A DNA stretch of 64,000 nt, from NCBI GenBank assembly GCA_964036045.1, contig OZ038378.1, forward strand, positions 7,192,001-7,256,000, read 5' to 3'. The notes beneath the pieces were generated by a model. That model saw only the letters and a list, made by a program, of their open reading frames with translations, did no database searches and had not been told where the DNA came from. Position numbers and translations under genes: made by a program. Source of the stretch: Eutreptiella sp. 'Long Island Sound 2002' (Eukaryota > Protista > Euglenida). Of the stretch, positions 12,601 to 23,550 are shown one piece after another; position 1 is the first letter of the stretch; every line of letters begins with the position of its first letter.

Positions 12601-14377
12601 GCGTGCTTCCGCGGTTATCCCCATCAAGTCCTTGCGGGCGCAATACCCCCCGGCCATGTACAACCCGAAGGCGGGCGGCATGGCGCGTTTCCAGGCCGGG
12701 GTTCGGCCCCCCCCGGTCCGGGTATGGCACCTCGCGGGCTACCCCGCCATCTCCGCCCTCCGGGCGATTGTGGGGGAAAACCTGCCAGCGCACCGTCTGC
12801 TCGGGCCTGTGCAAGCGGGGCTCTCCGGCATTCGCCCTCTGGGTCCGGACGTGTTGACCACGTTTGTGCTCAACTACGCCCGTCAGCGGAATCACCCCAA
12901 TCCCCTGACCCGGGCTTCCGCCCGGTGGGGGCACATGTGCGCCCTTTGGCGGTTCCACCCGGACATGCCCTGCATACACCAGGGCCTGGCGGACTGCGAT
13001 TGCCACCCCACGGACCATGACCGTTTCGTGCGCTATACGTGGCTCATGGAAATCCGGGTCTGGCCCGCTCCGGGGAGCCACGCCGTGGAGGTGAGCAAAC
13101 ACCCACTGGGCGCGGCGACGACCATCGACGAGGCGAATGACGGCCACGCGGCTTTGGCGGCCGGTTATCGGGACTGGTCCAGCACCCGCAGGGCGGGTTG
13201 GCCATCACGGTTTCGTGGGCCGGATACCCTCCCCCCGTGGCCCCGCTGCGTGCGATGGGCCCAGGAGGTACACTCCGAGGGGGTCACCCTGCAGAGCGTG
13301 CCTGCGGAGGCGGTTTTCGTGCAGGATGCCTCCTGGTATCCCAACCACACGGCCGGGGGCGGGCTGGTGGTGGCGGACCCCACGACAGGCTGGCACCGGA
13401 TCTACCGGATCCCCATCCTAGTCCACGTAGACGGGTCCTACCAGGCGGAACTCTACGTGGCCTGGGAGGTTTTGCGGGCACGGGGCGCCCACCGGGTGGT
13501 GTGGGGCACCCGAGGCCGGCAATGGTCCTTCCACGATAGCAAGGGCTATATAGACGCCGTCCAGTCCCGCAACCCCGGATCCTCCCCGCTGTCGGACGAC
13601 TTGCTGCGGGCGTGCCGGGGTTTGCTGTCCGAGGGGTTCAGTGCGCCTCAGCACCTGTACTCCCACAGAGTCGGCACCTTCCTGGACACCCTGCTGGACA
13701 TAGCCGACGGGGAAGCCAAGAAGCAGGCTTCCGGGGCCCGCCCCGAGGTGGGGTGGATCCGGGGGCTTCAAACACCCCAGGTCTGTTTCACCCACAACGA
13801 CGTCCAGGTGCACAACCTGGACCGTCTGGTCGAGACGTCGTCGCGCCGTCTGTGGGATCTTCATATGGAGGCCCCCGAGCGCGGGGAGCGCCAATCCCTG
13901 GGGGTTTACTCCGCCGTTACTGAGCGGGGTTTAATCCGGTGGGGGGCACACCTCCGCACGATGGCACGCCGGGACGGGCTGGGGTTCGCCGGGGACGAAC
14001 GCCCCTGCCCCGCTTGTGGCCAGACAGTGGGAGCGCGCCATTGGGTTTCCACTTGCCCGTGGCGCCACCTCTTTCGGTTGGCGATCCACACGCAACTGCA
14101 CATACGCCTGGACACGCTCTGTGCACGTTGGCAGCGCCGCGCAGTGTCCCCATGGGGGATTGTGGTCCTGTACGGGCCCGATGCCTTCGCCCTCAGCGTG
14201 GGCTCACCGGGGGACGACGACCCCCATCCCGGGGCGGGGGTACGCACGTTGTATATCGATCCCTACGGGGAATGGGAACCTGGGGACGTACGGTACCTGT
14301 ATGACAGGGGATTAGTGGTGGGCGCAGCCCAGCGGGTGCTGGCCACGGTCGTCAACTTTTGGGACGCCCTGGACTGA
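8987..14377 (+). CDS. LINE ORF2: APE endonuclease, reverse transcriptase, RNase H, CCHC knuckle (true start probably at or after ~9606; first ATG after ORF1 is 9911)
   Basis: Seen: APE motifs ITLNLQ, GLQE, MGDLNA, PTW, IDHVL, SDHRPV (~10265-10935). RT motifs RPLTN, GSGQGCPLSP, WADD (12308-12319). RNase H motifs FVQDAS, QAELY, FHDSK, IAD (~13310-13720). CPAC-x7-H-x4-C at ~14003-14060. Confidence 0.95.
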   Translation: MVPPAVLPSVGGRLHPATGEQVPLAGGRLPSRRLAAYPPVGGGPVGWALRLPCAVAERATSPATTMAPPGRRLGTGLSVLRPPHELRGTLPLPSAGDAPHGSASSGGGGQPSDRRRLGSAARGSPLPGGRPCAPLRGGHAPAGVGRPAGAVSAPAIRTTGPDRGRASAPLGVRGALVRGNSPSSRCHSPARPGSPGGAPHLGTQPVRGVPDELPLPAPVTLGWDAGDVFSPGAVAHDQLKLLARDSVCPGRPSAQWGIVLGISGAVCGVRDVATALECLPGLHPALGHVSLFQGDWRLPAILQQWAAHMAVYQVSGGHSVQVYSGGGGVTHPPGAEGSVTWVPRSTYSRGRVVFKAASSSSTAYVAANVDARALGRYLRRSTALELPTKVRQAVLRRLEHTTGPTGRGALDALSGGTSSGHRGLGDFRAITLNLQRGLMGKMPALGSCLRGWGCPDLVGLQEVGKMPANIVAHAMYWATFTPAAHPAAGVGLLVRWHPTFREVWRDIHSSGRGVALEYHCRGGHILAVVVYFPADHDLDVVRSILSWALGVMAPRRGVYTLMMGDLNANPGWATGFRQAPAALTVLWEEFVQDTGLVRCCPTSEAPTWTDGRGCVGVIDHVLQGPAPKEGRLWVDEASPFPSDHRPVVWDARDCQDPEDRSPVRLRARHFQIRDPGITGSYHAALSAARREEGLRPDSLAALYEYFLSSTIRAVERAHGPPREFGELPGRVDQVHRQLQAHAKRCPRWWESLDTLKERLDLRQDLAEAWEVGNLQRYLSHLPEVAPFSRPSRGAFRHLYGPARTPPVQPRFCAQVDVAPRARAKVALDQVRHRHQKTLRELTPGDVRALTGWITPTQLLGLPTATVPHLRRILQRTGNTAPARDQLQYWMLREMDDDGLAIVCEIVNRYMRGERLEALSHGDLHLLPKKAPHGVGANDRPLTNLVLLRKVVGLVVKEEEQPWLREHGFLPPSQFALWPGTSIWDFLRVLHDYFWYRWGSGGEAWPVLDDARHAFGSPDHVSRDSVHRVLGYGPELCHLHRSLVEDMRLDMGGTDDVDHAEGWLDAGSGQGCPLSPLDYAPMGEVRAKMVSREYPGVLTPAGLLHSLAWADDTVWLGGSPEDVSAIAGALPAAEDAVALGSDVSKMHVLRTWMDGQRVRYGVPSVLMNGVRLPVPSEKDYIRSLGRHALPHTYHREDFRKFMMAARRASAVIPIKSLRAQYPPAMYNPKAGGMARFQAGVRPPPVRVWHLAGYPAISALRAIVGENLPAHRLLGPVQAGLSGIRPLGPDVLTTFVLNYARQRNHPNPLTRASARWGHMCALWRFHPDMPCIHQGLADCDCHPTDHDRFVRYTWLMEIRVWPAPGSHAVEVSKHPLGAATTIDEANDGHAALAAGYRDWSSTRRAGWPSRFRGPDTLPPWPRCVRWAQEVHSEGVTLQSVPAEAVFVQDASWYPNHTAGGGLVVADPTTGWHRIYRIPILVHVDGSYQAELYVAWEVLRARGAHRVVWGTRGRQWSFHDSKGYIDAVQSRNPGSSPLSDDLLRACRGLLSEGFSAPQHLYSHRVGTFLDTLLDIADGEAKKQASGARPEVGWIRGLQTPQVCFTHNDVQVHNLDRLVETSSRRLWDLHMEAPERGERQSLGVYSAVTERGLIRWGAHLRTMARRDGLGFAGDERPCPACGQTVGARHWVSTCPWRHLFRLAIHTQLHIRLDTLCARWQRRAVSPWGIVVLYGPDAFALSVGSPGDDDPHPGAGVRTLYIDPYGEWEPGDVRYLYDRGLVVGAAQRVLATVVNFWDALD

Positions 14378-14386
14378 AAGCGGGAG

Positions 14387-14929
14387 ATGCCCATCGTCCC
14401 GGCAGCCAGGGAGGTCTATTACCGGGACGAGGACGGTCACACGTGGGACCTGGCGACCCGGGTACCAGCACGCTTCGACCCGACCTCCCACGAGTGGGGA
14501 AGCCGGCCGGCGATGGCCGGGCTGTGGCCGGGGGCGAGTCTGCTGTGGCCCGTGTGCGAGCGCGGACAGCTGTCTGCCGTTCTGCCCCCCGGGCAGGACT
14601 GGCCCCCACGCTGGGGCGGGACCCAGAGGGTCCTCTGGTATTCGGACCGGCCTCTGCCCAAAAGCTTGGGGCGTTGGCCCCGGGAGGTCCGCGATGCGGA
14701 TTTGGTCATCATTGATGGGCCGGGCGGCCTGCCGCCGCGGCGGTTAGCCTGGCTCCTTTCGTACGGGCCACCCTCCCGTTATATGGGCTTGTACGAGGCG
14801 CGGGAGGCACATGACCGTCGCCAAGTGCGCCGGTTGCGCGATATGCTGATGGCCACCTTGCGCATGGCAGGTTATCAGCCCAGGGTCTCTTACCAGTTGC
14901 TGGGGTTGGCTTTGCGGCAACCCCGGTGA
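14387..14929 (+). CDS. 180-aa orphan ORF in frame with ORF2, four codons after its TGA
   Basis: Seen: GAC TGA AAG CGG GAG ATG at 14372-14389; the sequence has globular-protein composition. No family recognised. Confidence 0.5.
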   Translation: MPIVPAAREVYYRDEDGHTWDLATRVPARFDPTSHEWGSRPAMAGLWPGASLLWPVCERGQLSAVLPPGQDWPPRWGGTQRVLWYSDRPLPKSLGRWPREVRDADLVIIDGPGGLPPRRLAWLLSYGPPSRYMGLYEAREAHDRRQVRRLRDMLMATLRMAGYQPRVSYQLLGLALRQPR

Positions 14930-17900
14930 TCCCCTCGCTACGCCTGGACCCAGGTGTGTTCCAGGGGTGCAAACCGGGGGGACGGGGTCAGGGACAGGGT
15001 CGGCAGGTTGGTGGAGGGCCCCGCGCACGGGCGCCTTCGGCAGAAGTGCCGTGCGCGGGGGAGGGTGGGGGGATCGGGCCACGGACCAAGCCCCCGTGTT
15101 CCGCCGGCTAAACGCCGCCCAGTCGGTAGTACCTGGCGGCTAAGGGCCCACACCCGTGAGACTGCGTCCCCCTTCCCTTGGGGGGGTGGTGGAACGTGCC
15201 GGAAGTGGAGCCGGCGCTCCGCCTCGCCCCCTGTTCCGTGCCCCTGGGTGGTGATCCGGCTACGTGTAGGGCAGGGGTGCATGCGCGTGGTGCGGACCGG
15301 GGGACAAGAGGAGGAGACGAAGAGGAGAGCCGCCGCCATGATGCTTAGCCGGACGGGTTGGGATGTAACCCCCCTCCCGGTCGCGCGCCAGACCGTGGAG
15401 GGCCGGCGGGCACCATGGGGATGTGCCGCGGGGGCGCCCTACCGGGGGACCGCATCTCCTCCTCCTCCTGCGTGTGCCACTGTGCACACTGTCTAGTGTG
15501 TAAACTGTAACATTCCGGATGCTGTGCGGTGTGCAGAGTGCACTGTGTTTGAAGAATTTGTCCTCAGCAATGTATAAAAAGCAGCATGCACTGTGCTGTT
15601 CACAATGTTCAACGTGTGCAATGCAGTTTGGAACAGCTGGATATTGTGCAGCGTACAAGGTGCGTGTTGTGCAGTGAGCGGAGTGCGCTTTGTGCCTTGT
15701 GCAATGTTCCCTTCCCCACCAGCCCAGCCCCAATACCTCGTGTTGATTAGGGTGTGGGTTGCAACGCCCCCTTGTAGTAGAGCACCCTCAAAATTGGACA
15801 ATTGGGATTTCTGGGCCAGTTCCCAGCAAAAGTGCACGTGGCTTCCCAAAACTGTCAACACTGGCAAAAAAAAATGGTGCTAATCGGGGCATGCCAGATA
15901 GGGTGTACGTGGTGCTATTTGCATTGAAACCATTGTGGATGATGCAAAATGGGTTAGGGTACTGTCTGGTCGCTTTTCTAGCCAAATAGCGGCCTCAATG
16001 GACCCCCTTTTGGAACCAGGGTGAACAACACGGTCGAGAAGCGCTGGAAAGGTGCAATATGTGATGTGTTTGTATCGTTGTTGGGGGTTTACGCTTTCGT
16101 TGTGCAGTACACGTATCATGGTCATCCCAGTACGTGGGCGCGCTAGCCGAGCACAGAGTTTCTTGTTGGGCAATCAGGTTCGCCATCAAGTTGGGTTGCA
16201 AGTGGGCGATGGTGTCCGATGAGTCGGAGGTAGTGGCATGGTGGGTGCCTAGGCTATGGGGCACAATGAAATGGTGTAGACAGCAACAGCTTTTGTGTTG
16301 ACTTGTCTTGCAATCGGGCATTGTTGTGCATGTGGCCTGGGACTCAAGAAGCACCAGCAAACCGGCCTAGCAGGCTTGCTACCTGTCTATCGTCCATGGA
16401 CAAATTCACAGTTTTGGCTCATCGTCGTTGGGGTACGCAATTGAGTTACTACCCCTTGTCATGGGTTGTGAGCTGTTTGTGGGCCTGATTGGAAGCAGAA
16501 ACGGGCCTGAGTACCAGAGTTGGATTTCAAAATTACCTACGCGCTTGCCACTTGGACACTTTTGTTCACATATTCCTTTCATTCTCCTCTCCACGCATTG
16601 TGCCAATTGTCTACGCCCACCTCTCCCCAAATACCTGCATTGCCTACTACCGGGGGGTGTTTTTGCATTTAAATGACTCACCTCACCTCAACGGCGTTGA
16701 AGGCTCGGTTTGCACTCTTGTGTTGCAAGTCAGCGAGAGCTTGGGGGTCTTTGCAGCTCACACGCCGTGGAAGAAGTGGTGAATGCCGTGCTGAATATTG
16801 ATGAAGAGTTGGAAAGCTATGCAGTCACAGTGTATGGACTGGATGAGGCGGATTATTTTATTTTTTAAGGCCAGTCAGCGCACAAGCCTACTGAGCGGAC
16901 AAAAGGAGCACAGAGAGGAAAAAGGAAAAGGAGAGGATGCCACTGTACGAGAAGATGGGTACTCTCAGGAAGGGGACTCTGGTCAGTGCGTTGTTAACGA
17001 TGCAAAACAAAACACACTCGCACCCATACCCATACCCATACCCACACACATTTCGACACAGTCAGAACCATCACCGTTACCACTGAACACCTTGTCAGCG
17101 TTTACTGCCCCAGGCGTCTGCAAATGTAGTGCAAGCCACAATGCCTCAGACCAGTCCCCCGTTTGGCGAAGTCTTGACTCATATAAGGCGGCTGGTATGA
17201 TTTGAAGGCCTGGGCCTGGGCGAGCATGCGACAGGGCTGTGTTGGAGTGGTGTCAATGTACAGCGGTGTGCGAGGGATGAGGGATTGGCCAGATGCATTG
17301 TGTGGCGTACCCCAGGGTATGAATGGCACGTGTGGCTTTTTGTGAAATCATTTTGGGAGACAAAATTATTCCCCAAATGAATTTTTCGAATTTGACCCCT
17401 CAGACCCCCCCCCCCCAACCACCAAGGCCTTGTGCCAACCCCCCCCCCCCCCTCACAGCTGGGTGCCGTTTTTTTTGGTGGGGGGGGGGGGCTCAAAAAT
17501 TGGTTGGCCTATTGCGGCAACTGCACGTCGATGCAGACCTAGGTCCCATTGAAATTTTTTCTTCTATGTGAACCCCCCAACCAATGGCTTGGATCCCGGG
17601 GTTCTATCTCTGGGTACCCAGGATCGGTCCCCCTGTGGGGCTCCACCGGTGAGCCATTGGCCGTTTTTCATTTGGTGACAATGGCAGCAGACATAAACCC
17701 AGTGCGGGGCATATAGCTCCATGAGGCCACCTGTTGGTGTACATCGGCCCCTAAAATTCCACAATGCAGCCGCTCAATGGCACCTTAAGAGGGGGGGCCT
17801 CACGACTCCCTCTGCTCCTCGAAGTGCCTTGCCGAAGGACAATAGAATTTTCGTCTTTTCTGGCCATTCGTCATCGAGGATTGTCACAGTTCATTAGACT

Positions 17901-20132
17901 GTGCTCCCAGGGCCCAAGTTGCTGTGGTCAGCCGACGTTTTCTATCTGTGCAACGCGTGTGGGCTTTCCCTCGGCCCTGAGATCCTCCACCCAGACCCCC
18001 TACCTCATGGGCTAGTGCGCAAGGCATTGCTTGAGGAACGAGGAGAGTGAATTGGGTTCAGAGGCTTTTGTGAGGGGGTGCCTTTGCAGCACCGCATAGC
18101 ACACCGCGCCACCACCGCACACCGCAACGCACGGCTGCACACCTCAGCACCGCCGCACACCAGCAAACCGCGGCACGACGCAGCACACCGCACCACAGCA
18201 CAGCACACTGCAGGGGACGAGCCCCAGGACGAAAGAGGAAACAGAACGGAGGGACCCGAGGAGGTGGTTGACATTGGGATCTGTTTCGGGCCCCTTGTCC
18301 AACGTCGACACTTCATCCTGCGGCTTCTGCAAGGCGCGCCTGCGGCAGATAGCACACCGAGTGTCAGCACGCGGACAATGGCGATGGTCCGTGGTCCCAT
18401 GATCTGACCAAGAAGAAGTATTAGACCACAAAACACGGGCAATGTTCTGTAGGTGCGGGACTGACAGGTTCACAAAGGGGATGCAGGCTTCCACGGGCCT
18501 TCATAATGTCTTTTCTCGGCAGCTGGTACCGACGCATTTGCCCCAAAAAGGGGGGGGGTCGTGGACCTGGCGGCACACCTGTCAAGCGGCACAAAGTTGC
18601 TCAATGGCTGTATTCTTGCGGAGGGGCCTGGGCCCCCTGTGGGCAGTCACAAGGGCAAGAAGACGCCTCCCGAGCCGACACACTTCTTGCGGGCACTTGG
18701 ACCTCCCAGAGTTGGTGTGCACCGGTGGTTAGTGGGAACTGACAGGGCGTGTGACTGATTTTTTTTTGTTGTTGGAAGAAGCCAAAAAGCAAATGCCTGG
18801 CGTACACAACGCAACAGTGCTTGGGTTTGGTGTCCTCCTCCGCAGCACATTTGGCCTGATGGCGAAGTTTGGGAAATATTTGAGGGCGCTGGGGCAGCAC
18901 AACAAGCAAAGGCCAGGAGATGCGTGCCCATGGCGCCCAAAGGGACTGAAGGGGGTCCGGGGTAGGGGCGGGACTCCGGGGGGCTCCTTGTGGTCAATAT
19001 GCAGGGCCAAGAGTCTAAATGGGCGCAATGAATCATTGCTCGTCTCAGCCCAATGTGTTGTGCAGTGCTCTGTCTGTTTCATACGCTGACGTGCGTTCAT
19101 TTGCCTCTTCTGCTTTGTGGTATTGCGCGGCCAAAGTGCATTTGTTCTCCCCCCACTGACACCCCAATTTCCTCTATCTGGCTCAGAGGCCTCCTCCCGT
19201 CGACCCATTGCCCTACAACCACTTCTCTAATTCTTGGCTCCGCAGCCCTGTGTGCGCCATGTCCTCCAACTGTGCCCTCTGCGCGCGTCTCGTGTGTGGC
19301 ATACTGGGGCAAGTAAGTGCCAGATCAGTAGATCAGGGACCGCAGCTGAGCTGCGTCCTGTGAGGCCCGTGCTGCTTCCCACGCCGGTGTTTCTTTCAGA
19401 AGCATGAAAAAGAGAAGGCGTTGCATTGTGCTGCTCCGGCGGCCCCTGCTGCAGTGCCTTGTCATATGGCCATGCCGGTTCGGGTGTGTCACTGCTGTGT
19501 GCCCCTTTCTGCCCCTGTGGACTGCTGTGGGTCTGTCTGTGCCCCATGGGCGCACTGTCCTTAGCATTGTACCAAGTCGTTATGCACCAAGCCTCCTTCT
19601 GCCCCAAGGGAATCCCGTGTTCCCATGCGTGCCCCGAATTGCCCCTTTCTGCCCCATGTGGTTGTGTGTGTGTCTGTATGTCCAATCTGGGATTAGGGCT
19701 GGTCGTAGGAATGTCGCTGCAGGGCCAGGGCTGGGCTGGAATTGGTCAGGCTGTTGGCATGGGCTGTGGCGGCACCTCGGCGGCACAGATGAAGTACAAA
19801 GCAGAGGGACAGATTGTCACAAGCTTTTCTCAAAAGGTTGGTGGTATTTGCTCCCATGCTCCTTTACCCGACAACGCTTTTTGGTACATTGGTGCGACAT
19901 CCGTGACATGTGTCCCCCGTTTCAGAGTGCTGCCCAGTCCAGGCTCGGACAGACAGCTCATGCTCCCTGCTCCCTGGCCTAGTATGCATAATGCAGACTG
20001 TGCTGCCTGCTACTCCACCTTTATGGTTCAGCCCCCCCAACTGTGCTACATCATGCAGTTCACACAAGATACATGCAATGCCAGACGTTGGGGTTTGATT
20101 CAGGTATGGGACTCCCCCCCTCTAGCTGTATC

Positions 20133-20170
20133 CTGAGTGTCTATTTTTTTCAAGTGTCTATTTTTTTTTG
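20133..20170 (+). other. Two tandem relics of the euglenid spliced leader
   Basis: Seen: ctgagtgtctattttttt-ca-agtgtctatttttttttg. Established, recalled from memory: the euglenid SL exon ends CTGAGTGTCTATTTTTTTTCG. Confidence 0.75.
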
Positions 20171-20299
20171 CTGCCATCCATACAATGTCTCCCCCACACC
20201 CACCATGGGGTCCAGGTGTGAAACACGAGTCCAGGTGTGGGACACAAGTATCGGGGCAACCCCTCCCCTAGGCACTGCTGTTGTAGTACAACCGTCTAA

Positions 20300-23000
20300 G
20301 ACCTGTGATATTGACTTCTGAGTTTGCAAGTTTTGCAGAGCAGTGGGACTCATATTCCACCTTCTGCAGAACCTGCTAGAACCTACTGACACCCGAGGTT
20401 GAATCCATCATTTTAGCTGCTTGTAGCATCTCTGGCATTGCCGTGTGTGAGACGGCGAGCACAAATGACACAGTGGCCTCGTCGGCTACCCAGACGTGCT
20501 GGGGCAGCTCTAGGTCTTGGACTGCAAAGACTGATGCCATGTTGAAGTCTTTGCATGCTAGATCCGCCACTTGGAACCACTTCTGGTTGGAGAAGTTGCG
20601 TGGCCTGCACGGTAGCAGGATTGCCTCTTTTGTTGTGGCATGCACATGTTGATCTGCAAAGTATTGTAGATCCTTCGCCATTTGAGAAGCACTCGCGATC
20701 AAGTTCAGATTGTTCTAGTTCAGGGATTGCCTGTGAAATCCTAATGTAGAAGCTCAAGATGCACGGTTTGCGATGCAAAAGTGTCGTTACTTGATATACA
20801 AGCAATATAAAGGGGTAGACCCAACGATTATCGTGATCGCATGAAATGAAATGAAGCTATGGGAGGGAGCCAAGTTCCTATGTGACAAGCTGGGTATGGT
20901 GATTGGTGCAATTTCATAGGCGGGTAGAACGTGGGGCCTACGCTTAGGGGGTCGTCGATATGCATGGGTGCAGAACTCAATGCATGAAGTCCAAAACGCA
21001 ACGAACTTCCAACAACCACGGCGGATGATCATTGCGCTTCTAATGCGGGAGTAGACCCCGGCAAAAAATGTCAAGAAGAGAGGAGCAATATCAATCATCA
21101 ACAAGCAAGTGGATGAAGTGTTGAACGACTCACATATTTCAGAAGATCAAGTCGCGATAGTTCCCGTCCCACATCCGACGCTCATATCATGGATCATCCT
21201 GCCGGTGCCATCAAAAGAAATGATGAAGCAATTCGAAAGTGGTTTGACAAAGAGAATTACTCCGTGGTATCTCTAGCCACACAACAAGGAAACCTCCCTC
21301 AATGCAAAGCGATCACCAAAGTCGATAAGGGAAAGAGAGAGATAAGATTCAAAAACCATGGCAGTTTTACGGCCCATGGACAAGTTTGAGCAAACACTAC
21401 AGTCTCAATACGAGGCTTCAAACAAAATCAGGTTGGGCTTCAGGCATCAATTCATAAAGCATGCACTACCCGGCTTGAAGGAGCCGGGATATAGCTTCAA
21501 AATGCCGTGAACCAACGACGAATTCGGGTATGCAAATCATGAGACATAAAGTGTAAGCAGTCAATCGATCACAAGATCTTGGTCCTTGGTTGGCAATAAG
21601 AAGCCATGGAGAAGGGACCACGTGGTATTTGTGGATTTGCCCGAGTTTCTACCACGAAAGCTGCTGTGGGAAGTCGTACAACAAGCATTGAAGACATTCA
21701 CGAAGCTACAATGGAGCATGCCAAGCATCAAGCAGCCCAACTAGCTGCGGGCTATGCGAGGGGTTTCTAAAATTGTAGGAGCGACCCCAAACACACACAA
21801 ACACAGGCTCGTCGCACACAAGCACATTCGCACTACATAGAGACAGACCGACAGACATGATCGCAGTGGACAGAGACACAAAACACACACCACAAACACT
21901 TGCCTTGATGGATGAGGACGTGTCTTTGTCTCCAAGTCAAGGTATTGTGGGGGTGGGATGAATTACCACCTTGTACTTTTCCACAAGAAGAGGTATCCCT
22001 CCTCATCACAGCTTTGACCTCAATGTAGCAGTCCGCTATGCTACAACATCCACAAGTGCTCTCACAGACCCAAACAACCCCCAAATTATGCTTTCCATCG
22101 AGGAAGAGGAAAAAGAAGAATGAACACGCAAACACAATACACACAGAACATGAGTGCACAGTTAGTGTATACCATGAAAGACAATGGACCATAGTATACT
22201 CGGACTCCATCCCCTCCATCAACTGGTGGTGGGAAGGTTGGGGGGATATGGACTATTTGTTGGAGTTGAAAGGGCCACCGGAAGAGGACCTGGCAAATAT
22301 CACTGGTGAGTTGAGAGCATTCCTCTACGCGTTGGAAGGTCACAAACCAGGTGAACAATCGCACATATGCCTGACTACCCATGAATCGTGTAAGGGGTGC
22401 TAGGATGGACATAGAGATGGCGAAGGCACAACTGGAGCAATGCCAGGGGCCCATCAAGCATCGATATTTGTGGGAAGCCATTGTCACACTCACAGAACGG
22501 TGGGGTAAACAAATCAAATGCTACACATCGCATATTGATATCCCAAGCTACACTAGAGCAGATCATCTAGCGGATGTAGAGACGTGAAGATCTCCCTTGC
22601 AGTATGGCCAAATATTAGCACGCCTTGAAAGGTGGAGCCACAGGGCTGAGAGCATTGGGAGCTTGTAGAGGAACGAGAACACCTAGAAATGAGCCCTCCA
22701 CACACAACTGCTACAACCACAAGGAATGTCACAACGACCGGCAACACATCAGCACATGGGGCCGACGCCGGCGTGGGACACTCCTTCCCCACTGTGGGAC
22801 ATTGCGGTATGTGATGTACATCTGTGCCAATCGCCAAACAGTAAAGACTGTACACACCATTGCATCCATCGTTGGTAAGGTTCCCTTGACCGTAGAGGGG
22901 CGAGGTGACTCTACACACACTAGTTGCCACAGGGACGCCATACTTTGTGGGCTCGGTGCGTAATACCTTCCAAACCCCTCAGCCACGGTCATCAATGTCT
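20300..23000 (+). mobile_element. Heavily decayed LINE (possible RT remnant, Cys/His cluster, RNase H)
   Basis: The RNase H remnant at 22182-22587 is clear. The TTADDHC candidate RT core near 21010-21030 and L*PQCSSPLCYNIH near 22010-22055 are weak. Confidence 0.45.
22182..22587 (+). pseudogene. RNase HI-type domain remnant, frameshifted
   Basis: Seen: QWTIVYSDS...LKGPPEEDLANITGELRAFLYALE...ICLTTHES, then GPIKHRYLWEAIVTL...SHIDIPSYTRADHLAD. This matches the YTDGS / NNRGEL / TDS / LW / SH..GNERAD layout of RNase HI. Confidence 0.7.
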
Positions 23001-23492
23001 CCCAAGTGTCGTTGAACTTGCTAAACTCCATAAACCTGGCTTTGATGAACGATACTGGAGGGATGTCCTCTGTTGACAATTCCCTACGCTCTGGCCCCTC
23101 AACACCCTCGACAGTGTCTACAGTAACCTATAGTATAGAGGGTATAGAATGTTTTTCTCTCCGTCACACTGCAGCTAGTGGCAATGGAGGAAATACTGAC
23201 CGGCTTAATGCGATAGTCGCTCTGAAGCACCTCCCAGCAAGCAGTCCCCCCCCCCTTCCTTTGTATGTTGTATGTAGGTAACCACCTAAGCAAACAGCTT
23301 ATCCCCAGTGGGTTTTCAACGTAAGGACTACACAGAAGCCCCAAGCTTGACCAGGGTGGGCCGAATGGGGCCGGCAATGCAAGTCCAGATCAGGAGTGAC
23401 CCACTACAGTCCAAGCAGCCGCAACCATTTAGGGAGGGAGCAGGCCAGAACACATCAGTGGACCTGAGTGAACTAGCAGCGACCAGCGCAGA

Positions 23493-23550
23493 CAGTGGGC
23501 GATGAAAGCTTCAGTGGGCGATGAAAGCTTCAGTGGGCGATGAAAGCTTC
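23493..23550. repeat. Three copies of a 19-bp tandem repeat
   Basis: Seen: (cagtgggcgatgaaagctt)x3. Confidence 0.9.

Larger units (their letters stand above)
1492..15468 (+). mobile_element. Near full-length non-LTR retrotransposon (APE-type LINE with RNase H), ~14 kb
   Basis: Seen: ORF1/ORF2 arrangement, (CCT)4 3' tail at 15458-15469, candidate 6-bp TSD TGCGTG at 1486-1491 and 15469-15474, and the same low-complexity tract on both flanks. The TSD is short in TG-rich DNA, so the 5' boundary is less certain than the 3' boundary. Confidence 0.85.
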
